NCBI GenBank assembly: GCA_047947115.1
Contig: CP170459.1
Span: 4,352,001 to 4,416,000, forward strand
DNA length: 64,000 nt
DNA from: Verrucomicrobiota bacterium
Lineage (GTDB): Bacteria; Verrucomicrobiota; Verrucomicrobiia; Limisphaerales; AAA164-E04
Reading direction: 5' to 3'
Numbering within the stretch: position 1 is the first letter of the stretch; every line of letters begins with the position of its first letter. The position numbers and the translations under genes were made by a program. The notes under the pieces were generated by a model. The model did no database searches. It saw only the letters and a list, made by a program, of their open reading frames with translations, and was not told the origin of the DNA. Below, piece by piece: positions 49,973-60,732 of the stretch.

Positions 49973-51364
49973 CTACTTCCGTGCGTCCAGAACAACGGTG
50001 GCCCTGGCATAATCCACATTTGCACCACGCGCGAAGCGGATCATGTTTTGTTTGAGATTTGGCAGATGGTTCAAGCACAACGCATCCTCCCCCTCCAAAT
50101 CGATGACCCAGCTTAAAATGCGGCGCACCTCGGATTCGCTCAGGCCCATACCGTGGAGATAGCAAACATCCGAAGGCTGAATCCACCAATCATCCGGGAT
50201 CTTTCCGGTGAGCAATTGGGATATCCGATGTGAAAAAGCGATCCCGCTCCACTCGGTATTCAAAAATCCCCTGGCCTCCTTTGCCATGATTTCGCTTTTA
50301 GCCGGATCCTTCGCGAGTTCCAGGATTTGATCACCCAAGGCATCAGGATGGCAAACGGCACTCGACGGAAACAGCTTGAACGGCAAACCCTGTCGCAATA
50401 TCTCCCAACCATATCCACCCACAATCGGTGTTTTCCCCAATGCCACGGCCTCCGTGGCAAAACCAGCCAGGGGCGCGTCGGAATACAATTGATCGATCAC
50501 AAAATGAGATCGTCTGATTTCATCCAGCACTTCAGGATGCGGTATGCCGGAACGATTCACAAAATCAATGGAATGCCCATCGCCTTTCAAACGTTCCATG
50601 GTCGCGACGATGGCATGGGTTCCCTTGACTTCGGGGGCGGACGGACAATGAAAGACACGGGTTGCTTCGTCATGTTGATTCGTTGGGCCGTCTGAATCCG
50701 GTTCCCCGAAATACCGTCCCACAGGGACTCCCAGTTGAAAGTAATTAATAAAAGGCTTCGGATGAAAGTGTCCGCACAACGGGTTTTCCACCACCATGGA
50801 AGCAAAGCGCGCCACCGCCTTGACACGTTTGGATTGACGCAGTACGCGCCGGACAAGTTTGCGTGTTTGCTTGACGGGAGGTTCCTCGGCTTTGAGCACG
50901 TCACGTGCAAAACCAGATAAGTAACGCGGTCTGGAAGCCGTGCCCACATAAAAATGAATCACCTTTTTACCGAACAAACGGAGCACCAGATAATCCAATG
51001 GATAACCAATAAACCCGCGCCCACCAATGAACAGACAGGCATCCGCCCATATCAAGGCCTTCAGGAAGGCGAGCAATTTATAGAACATCAAGCACAAAGC
51101 CCCCCATAGATTGCGCAACCAACCTTTTCCGAGCTTGGCGGATGCGCGTTTGATGGCCTGATCGAACAGGACGTCCACGTTTCGATGGTAATCCATTTTT
51201 GGATGAAACGGTTCGACCACCTGACGGTATAGCATCACCCTGGCACCGCCTTCCGCCAAACCTTCCGCCATTCTTGATGCAAAACACGCGATATCCTGGG
51301 GACCGACGAAAAGCGTTTTCCCCTCAAGCGGCAAATCATTTTCAGAAGTTTCAGGATTTGGCAT
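49973..51364 (-). CDS. Putative GT-B glycosyltransferase
   Basis: HCPS...KGT, IDQLYSD....FATEAVALGK motif typical of GT-B C-terminal domains; lies in a polysaccharide cluster. Confidence 0.7.
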   Translation of the reverse strand: MPNPETSENDLPLEGKTLFVGPQDIACFASRMAEGLAEGGARVMLYRQVVEPFHPKMDYHRNVDVLFDQAIKRASAKLGKGWLRNLWGALCLMFYKLLAFLKALIWADACLFIGGRGFIGYPLDYLVLRLFGKKVIHFYVGTASRPRYLSGFARDVLKAEEPPVKQTRKLVRRVLRQSKRVKAVARFASMVVENPLCGHFHPKPFINYFQLGVPVGRYFGEPDSDGPTNQHDEATRVFHCPSAPEVKGTHAIVATMERLKGDGHSIDFVNRSGIPHPEVLDEIRRSHFVIDQLYSDAPLAGFATEAVALGKTPIVGGYGWEILRQGLPFKLFPSSAVCHPDALGDQILELAKDPAKSEIMAKEARGFLNTEWSGIAFSHRISQLLTGKIPDDWWIQPSDVCYLHGMGLSESEVRRILSWVIDLEGEDALCLNHLPNLKQNMIRFARGANVDYARATVVLDARK

Positions 51365-51371
51365 AATGCGA

Positions 51372-51878
51372 TCAAATCCTTAGACGAATCACCTTGGCAG
51401 GCACCCCCGCCACAACAGCTCCATCTCGAAACGAACGGGTCACCACAGCGCCCGCACCAACTTGCACCCCCCGCCCCAGGGTCACCCCGGGCAATAGGAT
51501 GGCTCCGACTCCAATATCGCAACCTTCACCAATGGTCACGGGTTTCATTTCCACGGGTTGATGCATGATCGGCAAATCGGGATCAGTATCCGTGTGAGCA
51601 CTGGTCAGAATCTTCACACCGGGTCCGATACCGACATGGGCGCCGATATGAATACCACCTGCGGAATGAAAAAAACACTGCTGCCCGATCCAGACCCCGT
51701 CGTCGATGACCATTTTATTCTTATAGTAAGCTTTAAGGATGGTCTGATGTCCCACATACACATTGTCCCCGATCTCGATGTTTTCGGGATGAAAAATCAG
51801 GACCTGATTTTCGATAGCGACATCCTTGCCTATTGAGGCAAATGGCCAGGGAGGTTCACCGGTTCCGTGAGATTTCAT
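51372..51878 (-). CDS. Hexapeptide-repeat (LbH) acyltransferase
   Basis: [29 protein letters not shown] and GAGAVVT...GVPA; start overlaps the upstream stop (ATGA). Confidence 0.9.
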   Translation of the reverse strand: MKSHGTGEPPWPFASIGKDVAIENQVLIFHPENIEIGDNVYVGHQTILKAYYKNKMVIDDGVWIGQQCFFHSAGGIHIGAHVGIGPGVKILTSAHTDTDPDLPIMHQPVEMKPVTIGEGCDIGVGAILLPGVTLGRGVQVGAGAVVTRSFRDGAVVAGVPAKVIRLRI

Positions 51879-53515
51879 GATGCCTGATTCGCTGATTCCG
51901 ATCCCGAATGCCGTGTGAGCACACCGTCTTTCAATGAGTAATGATCTTGAGTGAAAGGACAAATCGCCTCTCCTGAACCCTCCAGAGGCAGATCCAGTTG
52001 TTCACCAAAGGCACTCATCCACCCGATCTGTCTGGCGGGAACTCCTACAACAAGCGCAAAGTCCGGCACGTCCTTATTAACCACTGCTCCGGCGCCAACG
52101 AAGGCATTTTCGCCAATGGTCACTCCACAGACAATCGTGCAATTGGCTCCCAATGTGGCGCCTTTTTTCACCAACGTATCGCGGTATTCGGATTTTCGGC
52201 TTACGGCGGAACGCGGGTTGTATACATTCGTGAATACCATGCTAGGGCCACAAAAAACATCGTCTTCGATGGTGACATTATCGTAAACGGATACGTTGTT
52301 CTGTATCTTTACGCGATTTCCGATCCGGACTTTGTTTCCCACAAAAACATTCTGCCCGAGCGAACATTCCGCTCCAATCACTGCTTTTCCGCAGACATGT
52401 GCAAAGTGCCAGACGCGCGTTGCCTTGCCGATCTGAGCTCCGTCATCAACAATGGCACTGGCATGCACCGTCCAATCTTCCCTGTTGATGCCTGTGGAGG
52501 CGGACTGTTGCAACGTCACCTTCCCTCCATCCGCATCCATACTTTGTTGTGCGCTGTGCAGCACTTTCAACACACGAAGCCCTTCCTCGGCATCGGTTAC
52601 AGGTTGATGACGGTGTTGGCAACAGTCGATAAAATGAGCGCACTCCTCTCGCAGCGGCTCCTTGATTTCAACTTCAATGGCACGCGCCCCCTTACGGTTG
52701 GGAGTGGGAATATGACCTTGTTCCCAGGTCAAATAACGTTCGAACAGCATGAGTTTTTCCGGCCATGGTTTGGTGTCGTCGAACACGGCCATCCCGTCGG
52801 ACCCTACAACGGTCAGTTTCTGTTCTTTGAAAGGATTCAACCAACTGACATAGACATGAGCCTTCAGGCCCCCCTTGAACTTTAAAGCTGTCAGTGTCGT
52901 ATCCGCGACATGTTCCGAAAGGCAATTGCCACCATGACAAGCAATTTCACTGGGCAGTGTGTTGCCTGCCAAAGCGAGAATCACTGAAATATCATGTGGT
53001 GCGAAACTCCAGAGAGCGTTTTCTTCACGCCTGAATTTTCCGAGATTGAGCCGATTGGAGGTGATGTAGTGCAATTTCCCAAGGCACCCCTCCCGGATGA
53101 GTTGCTTCAAAGCGGCAATACAGGGATGGTAATGAAGCAGGTGCCCAACCATCAGTATCCGTCCCTGTTCCCGTGCGAAATCCCTCAATCGGACAGCCTG
53201 GTCCAGATCGAGGCAGATCGGTTTTTCAACATAAACATCCTTACCGGCACTCAGAGCCGCCATGGCAAGCCGGTAATGCAAGGTCGCCGGAGCGGCAATG
53301 GCCACTTTATGGATCCCGGATTGACTCAACACCAAGTCATAATCGGACACCTTGGACACGGATTCGTATCCACCCTGGTAAGTTTCCAGGATTTCCGGAT
53401 TGGAATCACAAATGGTATGGAGAGCACCCAGATCGTTGAAATTGCGCGCCAGGTTTTTCCCCCAGTAACCAGCACCGACCAACGCCAAATCGCTCACTTG
53501 CTTTGTCTCACTCAT
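51875..53515 (-). CDS. Fused Gfo/Idh/MocA oxidoreductase + LbH N-acetyltransferase (WbpB/WlbA + WbpD/WlbB-like)
   Basis: N-part: VGAGYWG, VEKP, VGHLL, PHD. C-part: [41 protein letters not shown]. Confidence 0.88.
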   Translation of the reverse strand: MSETKQVSDLALVGAGYWGKNLARNFNDLGALHTICDSNPEILETYQGGYESVSKVSDYDLVLSQSGIHKVAIAAPATLHYRLAMAALSAGKDVYVEKPICLDLDQAVRLRDFAREQGRILMVGHLLHYHPCIAALKQLIREGCLGKLHYITSNRLNLGKFRREENALWSFAPHDISVILALAGNTLPSEIACHGGNCLSEHVADTTLTALKFKGGLKAHVYVSWLNPFKEQKLTVVGSDGMAVFDDTKPWPEKLMLFERYLTWEQGHIPTPNRKGARAIEVEIKEPLREECAHFIDCCQHRHQPVTDAEEGLRVLKVLHSAQQSMDADGGKVTLQQSASTGINREDWTVHASAIVDDGAQIGKATRVWHFAHVCGKAVIGAECSLGQNVFVGNKVRIGNRVKIQNNVSVYDNVTIEDDVFCGPSMVFTNVYNPRSAVSRKSEYRDTLVKKGATLGANCTIVCGVTIGENAFVGAGAVVNKDVPDFALVVGVPARQIGWMSAFGEQLDLPLEGSGEAICPFTQDHYSLKDGVLTRHSGSESANQAS

Positions 53516-53614
53516 TGTGCTGTGCAGTATGTTGGGCGATGAATGCCGGAATCAATCCCCAATTCGGATTCGAAGCCCGATGAAACGGTCCTGCAAAAAA
53601 TCTCCGGGATTATG

Positions 53615-53640
53615 AAAAAGGGGCCTGTACCCAGGCCCCT
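53615..53640 (-). terminator. Intrinsic terminator of the DUF1080 gene
   Basis: AGGGGCCTG-TACC-CAGGCCCCT stem-loop followed by a T-run on the minus strand. Confidence 0.75.
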
Positions 53641-53673
53641 GAAATGCTTTTTAAGAGATCGACCAGAAAACGA

Positions 53674-54471
53674 CTATTCGTCGTAATGACCAAGACTGCG
53701 AATCCAGATATTGCGGAAGCGCATCGGATTGCTGTGGTCCTGAAGTTGGATGGGGCCTTTCGGGGCGTGTTCCTGATCGTAGTTTCCGACGCCGCGATGA
53801 CGTGTTGGGCCGGGGTATTCTTGCTTGTGATGCAACACAACACCGTTGTGAATGACGGTCACATTGGCTTTCTTGACATTCTTTCCATTTTCCCAGCGCG
53901 GGGCTTCGAAAATAATGTCGTAGCTCTGCCAGGCTCCGGGCACCAAGCTGGCGTTGGCCAAAGGCGGACGGTGGCCGTACATGGCACCTACCTGCCCATC
54001 AGCATAAGTGCGGTTGTTCCAGGAATCCAGTACCTGCACTTCGTATTTCCCGTATATGATGACACCGCTGTTGCCGCGTCCCTGGCTGTTGCCTTCCACT
54101 TTGTGCGGGGTGGCAAATTCGAGGTGCAACTGGAAATCTCCAAACTCTTCGCGGGTTTGAATGGATCCGGAGCCAGGCACCACTTCCATGTAGCCGTTTT
54201 CAACCTTCCAGCCGGCAGGTTTGTTGCCGTTCTTCCACTTGGAAAGATCGTGTCCGTCAAAGAGGATCACCGCATCCGAAGGTGCGGGAGCGGAATGACT
54301 GAAGGTGGTTCCAGGCGTAACGGTTTTGGGGGCGGGACGGTCTGGATCATGCACATGCCACTTCTGGCCGGGAATAATCGGGGTATCGGTGTATCCAACA
54401 GGCGCATCGGCTGCCTGAGCAAATGAAACGCCCACACTGAGGGTCGCAAGTATCAGTAATGCTTTTTTCAT
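53674..54471 (-). CDS. DUF1080 (3-keto-disaccharide hydrolase) family protein, secreted
   Basis: Signal peptide; LFDG.DLSKW, FGDFQLHLEF, GNSGV, YEVQVLDS and LQDH...FRNIW. Confidence 0.92.
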   Translation of the reverse strand: MKKALLILATLSVGVSFAQAADAPVGYTDTPIIPGQKWHVHDPDRPAPKTVTPGTTFSHSAPAPSDAVILFDGHDLSKWKNGNKPAGWKVENGYMEVVPGSGSIQTREEFGDFQLHLEFATPHKVEGNSQGRGNSGVIIYGKYEVQVLDSWNNRTYADGQVGAMYGHRPPLANASLVPGAWQSYDIIFEAPRWENGKNVKKANVTVIHNGVVLHHKQEYPGPTRHRGVGNYDQEHAPKGPIQLQDHSNPMRFRNIWIRSLGHYDE

Positions 54472-54585
54472 AAATGTATCGGGTGATTTAAGTGCCGTTC
54501 TTTTTCTCAATTCAACCCAACAAACGCAAGCAAGCATTTCGCGGAAATTCAAACTTGGATTTGCAAAGCTACTGCCTGCTGGTTC

Positions 54586-54723
54586 TGAACCGCGCAGATT
54601 TGCGCATCAAACCATGTATACCATAAAACGGTTAGCGTCATTCAACGAAAAATGTCTCAACGTCCTGAATCTCCGAGCCCCATGTTTTCAATTCTGCGAG
54701 CATCTCCGTCTATCTGCGGTTCA
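54586..54723. repeat. Degenerate inverted-repeat element (TGAACCGC...GCGGTTCA)
   Basis: Complementary ends about 130 bp apart with GCAGAT/ATCTGC sub-repeats, in an intergenic spacer. Confidence 0.45.
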
Positions 54724-54748
54724 AATAAGTAGAAACACAGGAGTCCGC

Positions 54749-55843
54749 TCAATCTCGACCTATAATGAATGATTCCCCAAACACGGCATGACGGACGGTC
54801 GTGCGTTCATCGGACGTAAACACAACGTGAATCAAACCATCAGGAGTCTGCAAAGCGGTTGGGTAAGCAAAAGATCCTTCGCCCGACATCAGATCCCGTT
54901 TATAAGGGAAGGTTTCTCCTCCATCCGTGGAAATCGCACAGGTCAGAGGTGTTCGATCATCCATGCTGTTGTTGTAAACAAAGAGCAAATGGCCATTGGC
55001 CAATCGGATCAGTTCAACCGCGGCATTCGGATTGGGAAAGGTTGTTTCAACACCTTGTGACCAGGTTCGGCCATTGTCGCGTGATTCGGTTTTCACCACA
55101 TATCCGTCATCACCCGGCTCGTAATCTCCGCCTCGACGGCAAAAAGCAAGCAGCCGATTGTCTTCCAAAGCAACCACTGCTGCCTGTAGATTGCCCATGC
55201 GGGAATAAACCTTGTTGGATTTGGACCATTTCCCTGCAACCGGATCGAAACGCAGAAACAGGGACGATGTGTCGGCGCCAGTTTTTTCAGTGTCATTGCC
55301 TGTTTCGTGGTAAATGGGAAGCAGGAAATGACCGTCATTCAATGCAATGGGCCGGCTTCGAACCATGGTCCCCTCCTCAAATGTCACTACAAATGCATCG
55401 GACCAGGTCTGGCAGCGATCTTTTGAAACCTTCGCCATGATTCGGGAGGTCGACCAGGTATCGCCGAAACGAACGACAAAAAACAACCAGACAGTTCCAT
55501 TGGGATCCTGCCAGATGACGGGGTTTCCCATCGACTGGTACGGATTGCTGGCAATCGGCACCGGCGCTGACCAATGATCCGAGCCTTTTGCCTTGCGGGA
55601 TCCGTAGACGGCCGTGTCCCACGCGTATTCACCCTTCCCACCGTAATAGGCAAGATACAGGTCTCCATTGTCCAGGGATTCGAAGGAAGATGGATGTTTG
55701 TAGGTTCCGGTATTTGTCTCCGGACCGAAAACTTTTTCGATCCAGACACCTTCGGCAGCGTGAGTCAATGTTGCAGACAGGTCGGTGATAACCGCCAAGG
55801 AAACGGCCATCAAAAAACGTTTGAATATGGGACTTATGTTCAT
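54749..55843 (-). CDS. Sialidase-like BNR/Asp-box protein, secreted
   Basis: Asp boxes SKDRCQTW, SRDNGRTW and STDGGETF; FAYP near the C-terminus; signal peptide. Confidence 0.85.
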   Translation of the reverse strand: MNISPIFKRFLMAVSLAVITDLSATLTHAAEGVWIEKVFGPETNTGTYKHPSSFESLDNGDLYLAYYGGKGEYAWDTAVYGSRKAKGSDHWSAPVPIASNPYQSMGNPVIWQDPNGTVWLFFVVRFGDTWSTSRIMAKVSKDRCQTWSDAFVVTFEEGTMVRSRPIALNDGHFLLPIYHETGNDTEKTGADTSSLFLRFDPVAGKWSKSNKVYSRMGNLQAAVVALEDNRLLAFCRRGGDYEPGDDGYVVKTESRDNGRTWSQGVETTFPNPNAAVELIRLANGHLLFVYNNSMDDRTPLTCAISTDGGETFPYKRDLMSGEGSFAYPTALQTPDGLIHVVFTSDERTTVRHAVFGESFIIGRD

Positions 55844-55875
55844 GAATACTTTTACGGGTGTGTATGCGGAATTGC

Positions 55876-58584
55876 TTAAGGTTTGGGTAAAGAAGTCTTT
55901 TCCATCGGCAGTTGATCTTTCCATTGATTCATCATCTGGAGCCATTCGTCGCCACTGGCGGGCAGAAGTTCAGTCAGGTAATTCGAAAACTTTTCGGCAT
56001 GCTCCCAGTCTTTGGTGATTTCAAAAATCTTCATGGCATGAACGCCCGCTTCACGAACCCAAAACGCGTCAGGAGTGACGCCACGTGGAAGATTCTTCAT
56101 ATAAACCACCGTCAAGTAGTGTTCGAGGGCTTCGTTCAATAATTGGCGACGCCCGGGGCCTGTAACGGATTCGGCCATGCGCTCCTTGACGCGCCCAATT
56201 GAAACGTCGAGCTGACTCAACATGGAAATGCTGAGCCCCTCGGAGCGGATCGCTTGATTGTATCCATTCAAAGCTTCTGCATAATCCTCACCCAGAAAGT
56301 AATGCAGGTCCCCATATCTTCCCCAAGCTTTCGCCTGCCATCGGTTGGGGACGGAGAAAACGTTCAGGTACCTTGAAATGGCTATTATGATGTCCTCTTT
56401 ATTGGGAGGACTCGATTGAATGGCGCGCTCAAAATAGGCATCTCCCAGACAGAGCAACGTTTCACCTGCAAAGTCCTTCCCCAAAGCTTCAAGTGCCTCA
56501 AAAGCGGGTGTATCAGCTTCCTTTTTGGTGAAAGGATTCCACAGATCCAGTGTGGTAATCACTCCTTCATAATCGGACATGAAAAAGCGACATTTGGCCA
56601 TCATTAATCGAGCCTCAGCCGCTTGTTTGGGCGAAGTCTGCTTCAAGTCCTGCGCAACCGATTGATAATGCGCCTCTGCTTGTTCAAAATCCTGAACATT
56701 GAAGTAATAATCCCCAATCCAGTTCTGTGCCCTGGGAGTGAGAGCATGTCCGTCATGCTGTATCACGAACTGCTGGAATTGTGCCAAAGCCTGTTCATCG
56801 TTCCCCAAACGATCGTTCACCCAGGCACGTGCATACTCTGCTTTGGGCCGGTCGGGATGAGCAGGATACGTTTGCAGCCATGATTCATAAGCTTTCAGGG
56901 CCAATCGCCAATCCCCTTCTTGCTCATACGTATGTGCCAAGGCCAGGGAAACTTCCGGTTTAAGGGGAAAATCACCGAACTGCTCCAGCATCTGCTTGAA
57001 AACTTCCCTAGCATCAGAGGTCCGCCCTACGTGCACCAGACGTTGTCCAAACAACAAACGGCTTCGCTGAGCCAACGGACCGTGGGGATATTGAACAAGA
57101 AGCCGTTGCGCGGCGGTTGTGGCACTTTCCAGATCATCGGCAGCAATGGCGGCACGCAACATTTGATACAATGCCTGGTCAAACAGTTTTTCCCTGACCT
57201 GCTCGTAATTTTCGTAATCCCTGAGCAGGGACGTGTATTTCAGCAATGCTTCCTTTGCCTTGTCCGCCCGGAGCAACAGGTCAGCGGTTTTGAAGACCGA
57301 CTCGGCTTGTTCAACGGATTTTTCGAGCAAACTTGCTGAAGATTCAAACGCAGCAAGACACTGGGAATATTCTCCCTGTTCCCATAAGCACCAGCCCAGA
57401 GCATACTGCGCACGCCCCCGATAAGTGGATTGAGGGAACGATTTCAAAAGAGTCTCCAGGTGACGTCGTGCGGAAACCAGCAAATCTCCGGGACTGCTGG
57501 CTGGAACTTGTTGTTTCAGCTTCTCATCCCCAAAATACCGCTTGAGATAAATCTCTCCCAGAGTCAAATGAACCACATCCACAGATGCGTCTGATCCAGA
57601 CGAAATCAGCATCTCTTCCAACATTTCAATGACTGTTTGAAGGCGCTCCTGGAGCAGATTTAATTCGATAATTTTCAGACGAGCTTCGCGACGACGCCTT
57701 TCAGGAGTTTTGGGTTTGAGATTCTCCTGATATGTTTTCAGTGCTTCCTCCATCAGCCCGTTCGCGCGCAGCACATCGCCCTTCAACGCCACGGACTCGG
57801 CAATCCAGTCTTCAGATTCGGTCGTCCCGGCCCACGCCAGGAGTCGGGTGGCACTTTGTGTGGCTTCCATCAGTTTCCCTTCAGCCAGGAGAAGTTGGGT
57901 TAATAAAAACTCCAGACGCCAGACCAGTTCATTACTCAAAGACCAATCGGGAATCGCATCCAGAACCGACTTGGATTGCTCAAATTCCTCCAACTTCAAC
58001 CACGTCTCCGCCAACAACAATTTACCCTTCAGACGCAAGGCGGTGGCTTTGGGATCACCAGAGGTTTCAGTTTGGATGGATGCCATCGGAAAAGGCGCGT
58101 TCGGATTGGTGAGCAATTCCGCAACGCGCCCGTATTGACGCATCTGGAACCGACTCCAAGCCTCTCCAAAGGCATACTCCAAGCGTTGATTCGACTCGGG
58201 AAAGTCCCTGAGCAGCTGAGAGTAGTACTGGGATGCCATCGAAAAATCCTGATCCTGCACAGCCTGTTCAGCCCCGGACCACAATACATACTCCTGCACC
58301 CGGCCCTTGATGGAAAGCTCAGGATTCTCCTCCACCCAATCTTGAAATGCTGTTTTGGCCTGTTTATAGAATCCATCCTCAAACAAACGCACTCCTGCCT
58401 GAAACACAGATATTGGATCAGGCGCCAAACCAGCAGGTGCCGCAGCATCCGGAACTTCGACATCCTGAGCCAAAGAGCAAAAAGATATCAGAGACAGGCA
58501 TCCCGCCAGCACCAAAGAGGCGCAGACAACCCTGGTTTGTGGATACCAAGTCAGAGTTTTCCTTGTAAATTCCAATCTATTCAT
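55876..58584 (-). CDS. Exported tetratricopeptide-repeat protein
   Basis: Signal peptide; many helical repeats with YP/FP turns, e.g. AQYALGWC and AQNWIGDYYF. Confidence 0.88.
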   Translation of the reverse strand: MNRLEFTRKTLTWYPQTRVVCASLVLAGCLSLISFCSLAQDVEVPDAAAPAGLAPDPISVFQAGVRLFEDGFYKQAKTAFQDWVEENPELSIKGRVQEYVLWSGAEQAVQDQDFSMASQYYSQLLRDFPESNQRLEYAFGEAWSRFQMRQYGRVAELLTNPNAPFPMASIQTETSGDPKATALRLKGKLLLAETWLKLEEFEQSKSVLDAIPDWSLSNELVWRLEFLLTQLLLAEGKLMEATQSATRLLAWAGTTESEDWIAESVALKGDVLRANGLMEEALKTYQENLKPKTPERRRREARLKIIELNLLQERLQTVIEMLEEMLISSGSDASVDVVHLTLGEIYLKRYFGDEKLKQQVPASSPGDLLVSARRHLETLLKSFPQSTYRGRAQYALGWCLWEQGEYSQCLAAFESSASLLEKSVEQAESVFKTADLLLRADKAKEALLKYTSLLRDYENYEQVREKLFDQALYQMLRAAIAADDLESATTAAQRLLVQYPHGPLAQRSRLLFGQRLVHVGRTSDAREVFKQMLEQFGDFPLKPEVSLALAHTYEQEGDWRLALKAYESWLQTYPAHPDRPKAEYARAWVNDRLGNDEQALAQFQQFVIQHDGHALTPRAQNWIGDYYFNVQDFEQAEAHYQSVAQDLKQTSPKQAAEARLMMAKCRFFMSDYEGVITTLDLWNPFTKKEADTPAFEALEALGKDFAGETLLCLGDAYFERAIQSSPPNKEDIIIAISRYLNVFSVPNRWQAKAWGRYGDLHYFLGEDYAEALNGYNQAIRSEGLSISMLSQLDVSIGRVKERMAESVTGPGRRQLLNEALEHYLTVVYMKNLPRGVTPDAFWVREAGVHAMKIFEITKDWEHAEKFSNYLTELLPASGDEWLQMMNQWKDQLPMEKTSLPKP

Positions 58585-58789
58585 GCCGGGACATTGACCA
58601 AAAATTAATCTCCGCCACTTATTTTACCGTCTAACAACGTGAGCCAAACAAATAGCAAAGCTGGTCAAAACATACCAGCGTCTCCCGAACAGTCACTCTT
58701 AAAACCAAAAACCATTTCCAATGACAGACACAAAATTGTAACTTCCCCGTAACAAACGCGGTCGTAACTTCAAATCTTAAATAATAGCC

Positions 58790-60706
58790 ATGGGTATTTC
58801 AGGAACAAAACCAGGATTCATCACACACACCGCAACGCTTTTCCAATACGCTTGTGTCACGCTGCTGGCAGGACTGTTTTCCATCGCCTTGATGCATGCA
58901 GCAGCATTCAAATCAGAAGAACTTTTTATCCCTGAACACCTTCTGGAAATCGATATCAAATTATCCTCCGAAGACTGGGACAGCCTCAGACAGGAGAGCA
59001 GCATGGGAACGGGTGGATTTGGCAGGATGTTTGGTGGAGGAAACTCCGATGAAAAACGCTTCCATCAATATCGGGCGGAGATCACGATTGATGGAGTGAC
59101 CATCAGGGATGTAGGAATTCGTACCAAAGGATTCATTGGGTCTCTTGATCAAGATCGCCCATCGTTGAAGGTCAAATTCGACGAATATGTCGACCAATCC
59201 CCCATCGAAGGATTGGATCGACTCACTTTAAACAACAACAAGCAGGACGGATCCCTTGCCAGTCAGTTCCTGACCTACAAACTCTTCAACAAGGCAGGCA
59301 TCCCCGCCCCACGAGTCAGTTACGCCAAAGTGACCGTCAACGGCGAGTATCTCGGTGTTTACTCCCATGTTGAATCAGTGCGCAGTCCGTTTTTGAAACG
59401 ACACTTTGGGGATGATTCGGGTGAGTTTTACGAAGGTACGATCAAGGATTTCTATCCTGACGCAGTAGAGGAAATCGAAGCCAAAAACAAACGCACCGAA
59501 AAAGACCGCAGCCATGCCAGGAAGCTGGCAAACATACTGAAAACACAGGATAACGCCACGTTGGAAGCTTTGGAAAAAAGGATGAACATCGATCAATTCA
59601 TCCGCTTCTGGGCCATGGAGAGTCTTCTGGGGTTCTGGGATGGATATACCAACAATCAAAACAACTACTTTGCCTACTCCAACCCAAAGGACAGCGACCG
59701 CTTCTACTTCATGCCCTGGGGAGCCGATGGAGCCTTTGCTCCCGGTGGTGGGCCCTTTAATCGTTTCCGGGAAGGAAATGGCCCCACCCCGCCCAAATCT
59801 GTTTACAGTCAGAGCATGCTGGCCAACCGGCTCTATCAAATAGATGAGATCAAAATGAAATACAAAACCGTCATGGAAGACCTGCTGAAGCATGTCTGGG
59901 ATGAAGCGGAGATCGAAGCAGACGTGAAAAAAATCCGAGCGCTCACCAAAGGACACCTTCATTCTTTCCAGGAAGAAGGCAACTCTCGTTTCGGGCGGGG
60001 CGGGTTCGGAGGCGGTATGGGGGGTGGCGGCATCGAAAACGGCATCAAAGAACTTTTAGATTTTGTGAAGGAAAGACGGACCGAAATCGAATCCGAACTC
60101 AACAGTTGGCCGGTGACTTTGGTCGACAACGAACCCCGCATTCCTCAGCACACTGTCACCATCGGTAAAGTGGAAGGACGTTTCGAAACCGCCTGGCACG
60201 CCACACGGCTTGATGACGTTGTTGATGAGGGAAAAACAGACATCAAAATCATCCTGAACGACGAGCCAGTGAAGCTTTCCAAGTTGGCAGTGGTAGGTCA
60301 ATGGGAACCTGAACGCAATTCAAGAGGATTTGGTGATTTCAGAGGTCGTGGCAGAGGAAACTCCAATCCTCCTCCTCAAAGGGCAACCATCACTTTCCAG
60401 GGAACAAGGGAGAGCGACGGACAACAGCTCAACCTGACGCTCACCTTGAATCAGGACGATTTTGATCCAGGCAAAAAGAACAATGACTTTGAAGGTTCCC
60501 TGCAATTCCTCGACACCAATGAATCCCAAAATACCGGCCGAGGATTTCCTCCGTTTGGTGGCCCCATGGGTTGGACCTTGTCAGGCAAATTGAAGTTGAA
60601 GGAAGCCGGCATGAACGACGGGGACAAAGTGGAAGGCACCCTGGAATGCAAGATCCAGGAATCCCGCGGAGGCATGTTCGGCGGCCGAGGAAGACGAGGC
60701 CGATGA
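58790..60706 (+). CDS. CotH-family kinase-like protein with Gly/Arg/Phe-rich segments
   Basis: VGIRTKG, SLKVKFD, LTLNN, YLGVY..VE, WDGY....NNY and MPWGAD motifs. Confidence 0.85.
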   Translation: MGISGTKPGFITHTATLFQYACVTLLAGLFSIALMHAAAFKSEELFIPEHLLEIDIKLSSEDWDSLRQESSMGTGGFGRMFGGGNSDEKRFHQYRAEITIDGVTIRDVGIRTKGFIGSLDQDRPSLKVKFDEYVDQSPIEGLDRLTLNNNKQDGSLASQFLTYKLFNKAGIPAPRVSYAKVTVNGEYLGVYSHVESVRSPFLKRHFGDDSGEFYEGTIKDFYPDAVEEIEAKNKRTEKDRSHARKLANILKTQDNATLEALEKRMNIDQFIRFWAMESLLGFWDGYTNNQNNYFAYSNPKDSDRFYFMPWGADGAFAPGGGPFNRFREGNGPTPPKSVYSQSMLANRLYQIDEIKMKYKTVMEDLLKHVWDEAEIEADVKKIRALTKGHLHSFQEEGNSRFGRGGFGGGMGGGGIENGIKELLDFVKERRTEIESELNSWPVTLVDNEPRIPQHTVTIGKVEGRFETAWHATRLDDVVDEGKTDIKIILNDEPVKLSKLAVVGQWEPERNSRGFGDFRGRGRGNSNPPPQRATITFQGTRESDGQQLNLTLTLNQDDFDPGKKNNDFEGSLQFLDTNESQNTGRGFPPFGGPMGWTLSGKLKLKEAGMNDGDKVEGTLECKIQESRGGMFGGRGRRGR

Positions 60707-60732
60707 TGATCATTTGATGCTGATTCCTCCCC

